NCBI GenBank assembly: GCA_030167145.1 | Contig: CP126532.1 | Span: forward strand, 4,675,189-4,739,188 | Reading direction: 5' to 3' | From: Ktedonobacterales bacterium | Lineage (GTDB): Bacteria > Chloroflexota > Ktedonobacteria > Ktedonobacterales > JADMIN01 | Length of the DNA: 64,000 bases | In this document: positions 17,514-26,182 of the stretch, in pieces | How positions within the stretch are numbered: the first letter of the stretch is position 1 | Layout: each line of letters starts with the position of its first letter | Translations under genes and position numbers: made by a program | Notes under the pieces: model-generated | The model's input: only the letters and a program-made list of their open reading frames with translations | The model's database searches: none | Told to the model about the DNA's origin: nothing

Positions 17514-18293
17514 ATGCTCCTCCCGACATTCAACATCTTGCTCGTCGTCGAAACGTTTCTCGCCTTCGCCCTGGCCGTCTCGATCCACGAAGCCGCACAC
17601 GCGGGTATGGCGGCGCTGCTGGGCGACGCCGCGCCAGTTGGCGTGGGCAGGTTGAGCCTAGCTCCCCGGCGGCAAATGGCGGCAATTGGCACGATTGTTG
17701 GCATCGTCTTTAGTGTCAGCCTCATCCCCGGCGGGCTGGGCTGGGGCCGCCCAGTGGATGTAGACGCGCGCCGCCTGCGTGTTGGCCCAAACTTCGGCCT
17801 GATTCTCGTCGCGCTGACGGGACCACTTGCCAACCTGCTCATAGGCGTGCTTATCCTCTTCGGCCTCACCCTCATCCCTGGCTACACGACCCTGGACCCC
17901 GCGCTGATTCATTGCCAGGGCCAACCTGTGGGTCAGGCGCTTCAGACGTGCCTGAGCGTCCATAGTCAATCGGTTCCGTTGTTGCGCTTCAACCAACTCG
18001 CCTACACCTTCGCGGTGACAAACATCATCCTGGCGCTGATTAACATCATTCCGCTGCATCCGCTGGACGGCTATCGCATCGTCTTTGCGCTGCTGCCCGC
18101 GCCGCAGGCCATCAGCTTCCGTCGCCTCGAACCCTTCATGGAGCTTGGGTTGCTGGTGTTGTTCTTCGTCCTCCCCATTCTCTTCGGCTTCCTCCGCATC
18201 CCTTTCAACTTGGGCCAGAACTTCATCGGCTGGGCGCAGCAGATCGCGGCGAGCATCGCTCCCTCTATCGGCCAGTTCTATCTGCTGCTGTGA
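17514..18293 (+). CDS. Site-2 protease family (M50) membrane metalloprotease
   Basis: HEAAH zinc motif in the first TM helix and NIIPLHPLDGYRI (NxxPxxPLDG) in a later helix. Multi-pass membrane profile. Confidence 0.85.
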   Translation: MLLPTFNILLVVETFLAFALAVSIHEAAHAGMAALLGDAAPVGVGRLSLAPRRQMAAIGTIVGIVFSVSLIPGGLGWGRPVDVDARRLRVGPNFGLILVALTGPLANLLIGVLILFGLTLIPGYTTLDPALIHCQGQPVGQALQTCLSVHSQSVPLLRFNQLAYTFAVTNIILALINIIPLHPLDGYRIVFALLPAPQAISFRRLEPFMELGLLVLFFVLPILFGFLRIPFNLGQNFIGWAQQIAASIAPSIGQFYLLL

Positions 18294-18868
18294 CGGTCTG
18301 CCCCTCTATGTCCTCACCAATTTCTCCACTACCCAACACCCACATGCCAGCTAGGCTGGCCGCCGCGCGCTACCGCGTCTATCAGCTTTGGCGCTCACTC
18401 CTGCCGCGCCCGCTGACGAACGATGACCACGACATCCTCATTGCGACGCTTCCCCCCGCTGGGCGCGCGGTCTTCGCGAGCATGTCGCGCAACGATCAGC
18501 GCCATAGCCTCACGGTCTATCGCGCGCTGCGGGCGCGAGGCTGCGATGATGCTGACCTGCTGGCGGCGGCGCTGCTGCACGACAGTGGCAAGGGCGGGGG
18601 GCGTGTGCGCCTCTGGGTGCGTCCGCCGGTGGTGCTGCTGCGCGCCTTTGCCCCGCGTCTGCTGGACTGGCTGACGCGCCGGGCCGTCAATGGTACGTGT
18701 GTTCCCCGCTGGCGTCGCCCGTTCTACTACGCCTGGCATCACGCCGAGATAGGCGCGGATCTCGCCGCTGAAGCCGGCCTCTCTGAGCGCGCCGTGCTGC
18801 TAATCCGCACGCACCACCAACCGCACGGCCCCGCCGCCGAACTTCACGCCGTGGACGATGCGGTGTGA
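18290..18868 (+). CDS. HD-domain protein (metal-dependent phosphohydrolase)
   Basis: H...HD pattern (QRHSL..., ALLHDSGK) and HHAEIGADLA. The GTG start overlaps the M50 stop (GTGA). An alternative ATG is at 18308. Confidence 0.65.
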   Translation: MTVCPSMSSPISPLPNTHMPARLAAARYRVYQLWRSLLPRPLTNDDHDILIATLPPAGRAVFASMSRNDQRHSLTVYRALRARGCDDADLLAAALLHDSGKGGGRVRLWVRPPVVLLRAFAPRLLDWLTRRAVNGTCVPRWRRPFYYAWHHAEIGADLAAEAGLSERAVLLIRTHHQPHGPAAELHAVDDAV

Positions 18869-18992
18869 ATGTACCTGTGTAGCCTATCCGTCCCGTCACT
18901 TTACCAATTCGGACAGATGTTCGTAGAATGGCGTGATATGTGCGCGCGTGAGTGCGGTTCAGGCGGGTGATGAGGGTGACTCAGGAGGGCGT

Positions 18993-19955
18993 ATGGCGGC
19001 AAGCACCGACAGCGCAACACGCCACAACCTCACCAACGCCACCACCGAAGACCTGGCCGCCGATCTCACACCGTCCCCACCGCCATATACGGTTCACTTG
19101 CCCGGCTTCGACGGCCCAATGGATCTACTGCTGCACCTGATCGAGCGCAATCAACTCGAAATCACCGCCGTCTCACTCGTCGCCGTCACCGACCAGTTCG
19201 TGCAATACATTCGCCGCTGGGATGAACCGCCGATGCCGCGTCTGGCCGAGTTCATCGTCATGGCCGCGCGGCTGCTGCTGATCAAGTCGCGTAGTTTGCT
19301 GCCGCGCCAACGCAGCCAGGATGACGCTGACGCCGAAACCGATCCACTCGACGATGCCGAGCAACTGCGCCTGCATCTGCTCGAATACAAGATGGCGCGC
19401 GAGATTGCCCGTGCCCTGCGCGCCCGTGAGATCGCCGGGCTGCAATCCTTTGCGCGCCCCAGCCGCCTCGTAGATCCCGACGCTATCGTTGCCTGGGCGC
19501 CGCCGCAACTCGTTGGCCTGAATGTCCAGGCGCTTTCGCTGGTCTTCCGCCGCGTGCTCACCGAAAAGCGCCTCAGTGAGCCGGAGGAATTACCGCCGCC
19601 GCTAGTGACGGTGGCGCAGAAGATGACCGAAGTCGAGGCGATTCTGCGCGAGCAAGGCCGCGCCGCGCTGGAGGATGTGCTGCGCTCAGCCGATTCGCGT
19701 TTCGCCGTGGTCGTCACCTTTCTGGCCGTATTGGAGATGTGGCATCAGGCGCGGCTCAACGTCGTGCAGGAGACGCTCTTCGGGCCAATCGAAATCCTGC
19801 CTGGCCCGCGCTTCGGCGAGAAGACCATCACCTCATTCGAGGTGCCCCCACCCGAAGAGGTCACCCAACCAGAGCCAGAGCCAATCCGCACCACACCACG
19901 CGCCAGACGCAAACGCGCGAGAAGCGACAGCCCTACCCTCCCCGGCTTCGAATAG
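18993..19955 (+). CDS. scpA: Segregation and condensation protein A
   Basis: LPGFDGPMDLLLHLIERNQLEITAVSLVAVTDQFVQYI is the canonical ScpA N-terminus. The ATG follows AGGAGG. Confidence 0.9.
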   Translation: MAASTDSATRHNLTNATTEDLAADLTPSPPPYTVHLPGFDGPMDLLLHLIERNQLEITAVSLVAVTDQFVQYIRRWDEPPMPRLAEFIVMAARLLLIKSRSLLPRQRSQDDADAETDPLDDAEQLRLHLLEYKMAREIARALRAREIAGLQSFARPSRLVDPDAIVAWAPPQLVGLNVQALSLVFRRVLTEKRLSEPEELPPPLVTVAQKMTEVEAILREQGRAALEDVLRSADSRFAVVVTFLAVLEMWHQARLNVVQETLFGPIEILPGPRFGEKTITSFEVPPPEEVTQPEPEPIRTTPRARRKRARSDSPTLPGFE

Positions 19956-19976
19956 CGTCGGTGTTGGCGGTACGAT

Positions 19977-20390
19977 TCACACCTGGCGGGCGATGCGCGA
20001 GAGTGGATGGCCTTTGGCGCGCAGTTCCAGCCGGTTGAACCAGCCGAAGGCGCTCTGCGAAACCGTATAGCCCTGTTCCGCCAGGGCGCGCTCGATGTCG
20101 TCGAGGATGCGCTTGGCCGTAGCGGGTGTGGATAGCTCAACGAAGAGATGCGCGAATGAATGCAGCACCACCGTTCGCTCGCCCATTTGCCGCGCGACCT
20201 CCACAATCGCCGCCGCCGCCCGTTCCGCTACGGCTTTCGGCTCTGGTTCGTCAGCCTTCTCACACGCCGCGAAGACCACCAGCGCATCCTCCACCCGCAC
20301 CGGGCGCGGCTCCGCGTCGGCGACCTTCGAGCGCCCGCGCTCCGTCGGCTCCGCCACGAACCCATCCACGTGCCAGATCAGTAGGCGCAT
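19977..20390 (-). CDS. Free-standing homologue of the archaeal threonyl-tRNA synthetase editing domain (tRNA-Thr_ED, DTD-like fold)
   Basis: It aligns by eye over its whole length with the Pyrococcus ThrRS N-terminal editing domain as I recall it: MRLLIWHVDGF vs MRVLLIHSDY, SFAHL vs PFAHL, FGWFNRLELRAKGHPLSRIARQV vs [28 protein letters not shown] SD before the ATG at 20390. Confidence 0.75.
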   Translation of the reverse strand: MRLLIWHVDGFVAEPTERGRSKVADAEPRPVRVEDALVVFAACEKADEPEPKAVAERAAAAIVEVARQMGERTVVLHSFAHLFVELSTPATAKRILDDIERALAEQGYTVSQSAFGWFNRLELRAKGHPLSRIARQV

Positions 20391-20485
20391 CGTATGCTTC
20401 TCCTGGATTTCACGCAAAAGCGATAGTTCATTTCACCTTTATCGAGACTCGTCAAATCTCAGTGGCGCTTTCACTTGATACCATT

Positions 20486-20920
20486 TCAAGACATAGGTGG
20501 CGCAAAACGACTCTGGTGTAGTAACTCTAATCGTAATGCCATCCACTCCGTATCGTTGAATTCGAGGAACATTGCTGTCGTCCGTCCAATTGCTGTTAGT
20601 GGCTCGATGAATGCGCCATCTGGACCTCTCAGACGGAAGTGTTCGCCCCATTTGTCTACGCGGGGATTGAATAGGCGTGTGATGTTTCCGGTCTGTGGGT
20701 CAATTGATGTGAGATCGGAACCTTTCAGGCGATTGCAGCGGAAACAGGCATAGGCAAGATTCTCGCGTTCTGTCTTGCCTTGGTGCCGCTCGGCAATGAT
20801 ATGGTCAACCTCATGCGAGACAAGTGTCGCGTCATCAGGCATTCCACAATACTCGCAGCGATTCCCCGCACGCGCGATGACTTCGCGACGAAGCGCCACC
20901 GGTATGTGTGTCTCGCTCAT
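20486..20920 (-). CDS. HNH endonuclease
   Basis: CEYCG...SHEVDHIIAERHQGKTERENLAYACFRCNRLKG (Cys4 plus the H-N-H core). Visibly lower GC than the flanks. Confidence 0.85.
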   Translation of the reverse strand: MSETHIPVALRREVIARAGNRCEYCGMPDDATLVSHEVDHIIAERHQGKTERENLAYACFRCNRLKGSDLTSIDPQTGNITRLFNPRVDKWGEHFRLRGPDGAFIEPLTAIGRTTAMFLEFNDTEWMALRLELLHQSRFAPPMS

Positions 20921-21195
20921 GCTCCCGACACTGTAGATGATGCAGTGGGATACTCGTTCGAGACCTGCGCATGCGCTCTAATCAACGATATGACGTCGTT
21001 GAGCACCATGATTTTGTCAAGCTCACGAGCTTCCTCGCGCGTTAATGTACCCGCCCGATTCTTGTCAAGTAACTCGCGAATATGGTCCTGAGATGCTTCT
21101 GAGAGGCGGAACGCGGCGATTTCTTCGCGTGACGGCCCGCATGCGAAGAAAGCAACAACTTCCTCGACTGGATTCTTCAGTGATGAGCCATTCAT
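20917..21195 (-). CDS. Small helical protein coupled to the HNH endonuclease (possible antitoxin/immunity or specificity partner)
   Basis: 92 aa. GGAGGA SD before the ATG at 21195. The stop overlaps the HNH start (ATGA). It contains a charged helical segment, SQDHIRELLDKNRAGTLTREEARELDKIMVLNDVISLIRA. Confidence 0.6.
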   Translation of the reverse strand: MNGSSLKNPVEEVVAFFACGPSREEIAAFRLSEASQDHIRELLDKNRAGTLTREEARELDKIMVLNDVISLIRAHAQVSNEYPTASSTVSGA

Positions 21196-21488
21196 TAATG
21201 TCCTCCGTGATGAGGTTGCAATAGCATACGCCAACAAGATTGCGCGTATCATGTTTAAGTATAGCATGCGCTTCCCTCCTGCCTCTGGGCGTATGGCTGG
21301 TTCGGTTAAAGTCGTGACGGCGACAGGGAAATGATGACACCTATCCCCTGCTATGCAAACGTCGCTAAAGTGGTATGCGCCTGGATTGCGTTCCGCGCGC
21401 TCCGGCGTGTACACTTTGTGTAACGGTCGCGTCGCGAAACAATCTGGGAGCCTGGCGAGGGAAAGCCCTTCGAGGCGGGAGGCGGACC

Positions 21489-21953
21489 ATGGCGGCGCAG
21501 GTCATCTCCGCGCGGCATAGTATCATCCTGCCGTATCGGAAGGCCGATGCCCTGGCGGTGATTCAACGTATCGAGAGTGTCGAGAAGATCGAGGGTGCTG
21601 CTGTCCGGGTGACGGCGCACCATGAGAAGGCGCGCTACGGCACGCATGATGTGGGTGGGAGATTTGCGGGCATCCCCTGGCGCAGCCGCTACTGGCACGA
21701 GCGAGACGGCGACGGCTTTCGCGGCGAGCAGATGCATGCGCCGCCCCTCGGTAAGCGGATCTCTGGTGGATTCCAGGTCGAGGCTATCGGCAAGCACGCT
21801 TGCAAGGTGAGCTACTCCGAAGAATACCTGTTGCCGCGCTGGCTCGTGCCCTTCAGGCCCGCTATCGAAGGCTATCTGAATTGGAGCGTGATAAAGGAAC
21901 TGCGCGACCTGCGCGCACTGATCGCTGGACGCACAGCTCCCTCGCCACGCTAG
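21489..21953 (+). CDS. Hypothetical protein, possibly SRPBCC/START-like
   Basis: About 154 aa with a beta-rich pattern and a C-terminal helix. The assignment is a weak by-eye impression only. Confidence 0.4.
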   Translation: MAAQVISARHSIILPYRKADALAVIQRIESVEKIEGAAVRVTAHHEKARYGTHDVGGRFAGIPWRSRYWHERDGDGFRGEQMHAPPLGKRISGGFQVEAIGKHACKVSYSEEYLLPRWLVPFRPAIEGYLNWSVIKELRDLRALIAGRTAPSPR

Positions 21954-21954
21954 G

Positions 21955-24321
21955 CTACGCGCTCTGCTTCGGTGGCAGAGGACGTCCGGGCAGCCACCAG
22001 TTCCAGCGGCCCAGCAGCCGCATCGTCGCGGGCACCAGCAGTGTGCGGATGATCGTCGCATCTACCAGCACCGCTACGGTCATGCCCAGCCCCATCTCCT
22101 GCGTGATGACAATGCTGGTGAAGGTGAATGCGCCGGTCACAATGACGAAGAGCAGCGCCGCGTTGGTAATCACGCCGCCGGTCTTCTCCAATCCCCGCGC
22201 CACGGCATAGCGATTGTTGTGGGTGTTCAGCCATTCTTCGCGGATGCGGCTGAGCAGGAAGACTTCATAATCCATCGAGAGGCCGAACAGGATACAGAAT
22301 AGCAAGATCGGAATGGTGCTATCCAGGAAGCCATCGGACGTGAACCCCAGGATGTTGCTGAAGTGCCCCTCTTGGAAGATGAAGATCAGCGCGCCATACG
22401 CCGCCGTCACCGAGAGCACGTTCATCAACACCGCCTTGAGCGGCAGAATCACCGAGCGGAACATGATGAGCAGCAGGATGTACGTCGCCACAAGGATGAA
22501 CAGGATCGCCTTGGGGAAGTTGCCGTACAGATAGCGGTTGAAATCGAGGCTGGTGGCCTGGAAGCCACCGACCAGCACGGTCATCCCCGCAACCTGTGAC
22601 GGAGCGCCCGCGCGCAGGTCGTCAATCAGCGCTTTGCCTTCGGGGCTATCCATCTTGGTGTTCGTGCTTACGGAAATCAGCGTCGTATCGCCCGCGACGG
22701 TCGCCTTCACGAGTTGAGACAACGCCGGATTTTGTGTATAGGCGCCGCTGCTATAGAGGGCCACCAACTGCCCGTAGGTGGGCTGGGGTGTGCCTTGCCG
22801 CGTCTCTGGCAGGCGTGTTACGCTGGTTACGCTGGTGACGTGCTGTTGTGCGGCGACCCACTGCGTCAGGGCATCCACCTGCACCAGATTCGCTGGCGTC
22901 AATATCGCTGAGCCGTCGCGCGTCTGCACGGTCAGCAGTACGGGATTCTGGTTCGTTTCTGGGAACTGGGCGTTGAGGATGTCGAGTCCCTGGCGCGCTT
23001 CGGTTGTTTTGGGCAGCGACGAGGCGTTGGGTGTGCCAATGTTCAGCGAGAAGATGGGCCAGCCCAGCGCCGCCAGCACCACACAGACCAGCACCAGCAC
23101 CAGCACCGGCCGCCGCATGACGCCGAAGGCCCACTTCTGCCAGAAGCCGCCACGTGTCGTGCCCGTGTTTGCCGGTTTGGGCATGGTGAGGCGGCCCAGC
23201 ACGGGTAGTCGCAGCGTGTTTATGCGATGGCCGAGAATCGAGAGCAGGGCAGGCAGCAGGGTCAGCGCGGCGCTGACCGCGGCGACGACGACGATAGCGC
23301 CACCGATGCCGAACGAGGTCATGAACGGCAGACCGATGAGCAGCAGACCGCAGAAGCCAATCATTACTGTCATGCCGCTGAAGAGAATCGCTTCTCCGGC
23401 GGTGGCGACGGTCCAGCCGATGGCGTCGCGGACAGTGCGCCCGGCGGCCAGTTCATCGCGGAAGCGCCGGACCATGAAGAGGCTGTAATCTATTGAGATG
23501 CCCAGCCCGACAATGGTGGCGACATTCGAGACGAAGGTGCTCATCTCGGTGTGCAGCGCGATGGGATAGACCAGCGCCAGCGCCACCGGCACCGCCACAA
23601 GCGCCAGCAGCAGCGGCATCACAGCCGCGACCAGCGTGCCGAAAACGACCAGCAACACCAGCAGCGCAATCGGCATAGCAGTGATTTCGGCGCGTTTGGT
23701 ATCGCTTTCGGTGATCTTGTTGAAGGTCTCGTAGACGGCAGGGTTACCGGTAATATAGGCGCGCGCTGGCCCATCAGCCACACTGGCGTTGACCTGCGAG
23801 CGCAGATCATCGAGGTGATGTTCTACCCAATCAGAATTGGTATTGAAGTTCACGTTGACGTAGGTCGTGCGCCCATCCTGGCCTACGCCCGCTGGCTGTG
23901 CGCTGGTGACGTGTGGGAAGCTGGTGATACGGCCGACGAAGTTCTGGACTTCGGCCTGATAGGCGGGATCGGAGACGGGGGTAGCGGTAGATTGGAAGAC
24001 GACGAGCACCTGGCTTGGCGGCTGGTGAAACTTGTCCGAAAGGATGGTCGAGACGCGCGTCGCATCGCTGCCCTGAAAAGTGTAGCCACCGCCGGTGAGC
24101 AGTGACGGCACTTTCGCGGCGAAGGGCAGGCTCATGGCTACGCCTATCACCCACAGCGCCAGCACGATCCAGCGCGCCTTGTAAATGAAACGGCCATAGG
24201 CAAAGCCAATGCGATACAGGCCGCGCGGCTCGTGGCGCCCCTCGTTGGCAGCGGATTCAGCGCCCGGTGGCGAACTACTGCCGCTCGCTATTTCGTCGTC
24301 GGTGCGATCTCTCAATTGCAC
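21955..24321 (-). CDS. MMPL-family (RND superfamily) membrane transporter
   Basis: 788 aa with two repeats of TM bundle plus periplasmic domain. Typical MMPL sequences are present (GISIDYSLFMVRRFRDEL, GLSMDYEVFLLSRIREE). Confidence 0.9.
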   Translation of the reverse strand: MQLRDRTDDEIASGSSSPPGAESAANEGRHEPRGLYRIGFAYGRFIYKARWIVLALWVIGVAMSLPFAAKVPSLLTGGGYTFQGSDATRVSTILSDKFHQPPSQVLVVFQSTATPVSDPAYQAEVQNFVGRITSFPHVTSAQPAGVGQDGRTTYVNVNFNTNSDWVEHHLDDLRSQVNASVADGPARAYITGNPAVYETFNKITESDTKRAEITAMPIALLVLLVVFGTLVAAVMPLLLALVAVPVALALVYPIALHTEMSTFVSNVATIVGLGISIDYSLFMVRRFRDELAAGRTVRDAIGWTVATAGEAILFSGMTVMIGFCGLLLIGLPFMTSFGIGGAIVVVAAVSAALTLLPALLSILGHRINTLRLPVLGRLTMPKPANTGTTRGGFWQKWAFGVMRRPVLVLVLVCVVLAALGWPIFSLNIGTPNASSLPKTTEARQGLDILNAQFPETNQNPVLLTVQTRDGSAILTPANLVQVDALTQWVAAQQHVTSVTSVTRLPETRQGTPQPTYGQLVALYSSGAYTQNPALSQLVKATVAGDTTLISVSTNTKMDSPEGKALIDDLRAGAPSQVAGMTVLVGGFQATSLDFNRYLYGNFPKAILFILVATYILLLIMFRSVILPLKAVLMNVLSVTAAYGALIFIFQEGHFSNILGFTSDGFLDSTIPILLFCILFGLSMDYEVFLLSRIREEWLNTHNNRYAVARGLEKTGGVITNAALLFVIVTGAFTFTSIVITQEMGLGMTVAVLVDATIIRTLLVPATMRLLGRWNWWLPGRPLPPKQSA

Positions 24322-24599
24322 AGGGAAAGCTCCTCCCGAAAGCAGTCGGAAGCGTGAAGATATCTTCGGTGGATCGTTGGTCGTGGATACTTGCGGATGT
24401 GCGAGGATGCTCCTGAGGAAAATCCTTGCCCAGCGCGCTGCGACCGCAAGCCGCTAAGACGCGCCGGAAAGCCACGATGTGTCGCGGCAGATTCCATCTG
24501 GATGATTGTACATTCGGTCACGGGCTGTGAGCCAGCAACCGGACCAGATGGCAGCACTCTCCCTCTTTACAACAAGCCCGCGCTTTGTTTCGATTTACT

Positions 24600-24624
24600 A
24601 TATATCATATGGTATATGATATAT
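24600..24624. repeat. Perfect 11-bp AT-only inverted repeat (ATATATCATAT-GGT-ATATGATATAT)
   Basis: Read directly from the sequence. It lies in the divergent MMPL/prs intergenic region and is strikingly AT-rich for this genome. Confidence 0.9.
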
Positions 24625-24680
24625 CAAAATCATGTCGGCAAGTCAAGAGTGATCAAGCATTCAGAACCATCGAAGCGAAA

Positions 24681-24689
24681 TGCTATACT
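24681..24689 (+). promoter_or_regulatory. Extended -10-like element TGCTATACT upstream of prs
   Basis: It matches TGnTATAAT at 8/9 positions and lies about 100 nt upstream of the prs ATG. Confidence 0.35.
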
Positions 24690-24792
24690 GAGCAATGGAG
24701 TTCGCCAGATACGGCGCAACTTCTCCTGGCATCATCTATTCCTTTCGTGTTGTCCTTATCCGCACACGATGGCGTGCCCCATGGAGTCAACG

Positions 24793-25737
24793 ATGAGCAA
24801 TTTCGCGATCTTTACGGGTAATGCCCACCGGCAGCTTGCGCATGATATCTGTCGCCATCTGGGTGTGCCCCTTGGCGAAGCGCTGGTGACCTCATTTACC
24901 AATGAGAACATCTTCGTCAAAATTAACGAGAATGTGCGTGGCAAAGATGTGTATGTGGTACAGCCGTTCACTACGCCGGTTAGCACGTCTATTCTGGAAC
25001 TGCTGATTATGATTGATGCGCTTAAGCGGGCCTCGGCGCGGCGCATCACCGCCGTCATTCCTTTCTATGCCTATGGGCGCACCGATAAGAAGGATCAGCC
25101 GCGCGTGCCCATCACGGCGCGCCTGCTGGCGGACTGCATCAGCGCGGCAGGTGCGCATCGCGTGCTGACGATGGACCTGCATGCGGGCCAGATACAGGGT
25201 TTTTTCAACATTCCGGTGGATGAGTTGACCGCGCAGAACCTGCTCGCACGCCACGTGCTTTCCCACGGCATCGAGAATTTCACGGTAGTCGCCACGGATG
25301 CGGGCTTCGCTAAGAAGGCGCGGAACTTTGCCGAACGGCTGAATGTGCCGCTGGCGATTGTGGAGAAGCGCCGGCTGAGCAACGACGGCCAGATGGAGAG
25401 CCTGGGATTGATCGGCGAGATCGAAGGGCGCAACGCGCTGATCGTAGATGATGAGATTGACACGGCAGGCTCGTTGCTGCAAGCGGTGCGGTTGGTGAAA
25501 GAGCAGGGCGCGCTGGAGGTGTATGCGTGCGCGGTGCATGGTGTGCTCTCTGGCCCAGCCATCGAGCGTCTACGCGCCTCGGAACTGCGCGAGGTAATTC
25601 TGGCTGATACGGTGCCGTTGCCGGCGGAGAAACATTTGCCTATCTTTACCCAACTCTCTGTCGCGGAGTTGTTCGCGGGGGCGATCATTCGCATCCATGA
25701 GGATCGCTCAGTCTCAGAACTATTCCATTCGAGGTAG
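24793..25737 (+). CDS. prs: Ribose-phosphate pyrophosphokinase (PRPP synthetase)
   Basis: MSNFAIFTGNAHRQLA, VIPFYAYGRTDKKD, DLHAGQIQGFF and IVDDEIDTAGS. The alternative ATG at 24781 would add 4 aa. The long upstream ORF extension (from 24391) is not homologous. Confidence 0.95.
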   Translation: MSNFAIFTGNAHRQLAHDICRHLGVPLGEALVTSFTNENIFVKINENVRGKDVYVVQPFTTPVSTSILELLIMIDALKRASARRITAVIPFYAYGRTDKKDQPRVPITARLLADCISAAGAHRVLTMDLHAGQIQGFFNIPVDELTAQNLLARHVLSHGIENFTVVATDAGFAKKARNFAERLNVPLAIVEKRRLSNDGQMESLGLIGEIEGRNALIVDDEIDTAGSLLQAVRLVKEQGALEVYACAVHGVLSGPAIERLRASELREVILADTVPLPAEKHLPIFTQLSVAELFAGAIIRIHEDRSVSELFHSR

Positions 25738-25743
25738 CGCGCT

Positions 25744-26181
25744 ATGGCAGGTGGCGGGAGCGGGGATAGTTCCAGCTTCGATGCGGTGTTGCGGCATCTG
25801 CGCGGGTTGGCCGCGCCCTGTGAGCCGCCGGTAGGAGTTGGGTCGTTTCTACTGCTCTACGCCAGCGAGCGCGAGGTCGTCGTCTGGTATTGTCCGGTTC
25901 GTGAAGAGCATATCGAACGCGAAGTGGTGATTCCGTGCGCGCCGTTGCTGGCGGCGTGGGCAGCCCTCGAAACAGGTGAGCGGTTAGATGAGCCGACCCT
26001 TGTGGAAATCGGTGGAAGCCATGCTATGGGGCGCTGGCTGCTTGCGTTGCTGGCCCAGCTTCCAGGGGTTCACGTGCTCGAAGGCGAGGCAGTGACGCTG
26101 CTCCGCCAGCCAGGCATACCCGAAGCATCCGCACAAACCGCTACAGCGCCCAAGGCAGCGCGCCGCAAACCCGCGCACTGA
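25744..26181 (+). CDS. Hypothetical protein (145 aa), probably co-transcribed with prs
   Basis: GAGG lies before the ATG, 6 nt after the prs stop. The codon bias resembles the neighbours. No family recognised. Confidence 0.5.
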   Translation: MAGGGSGDSSSFDAVLRHLRGLAAPCEPPVGVGSFLLLYASEREVVVWYCPVREEHIEREVVIPCAPLLAAWAALETGERLDEPTLVEIGGSHAMGRWLLALLAQLPGVHVLEGEAVTLLRQPGIPEASAQTATAPKAARRKPAH

Positions 26182-26182
26182 C

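Noticed and set aside
24391-24792. Long N-terminal extension of the prs ORF (track start 24391)
   Set aside because: PRPP synthetase homology begins at MSNFAIF (24793). The extension crosses the AT-rich palindrome and promoter-like elements.
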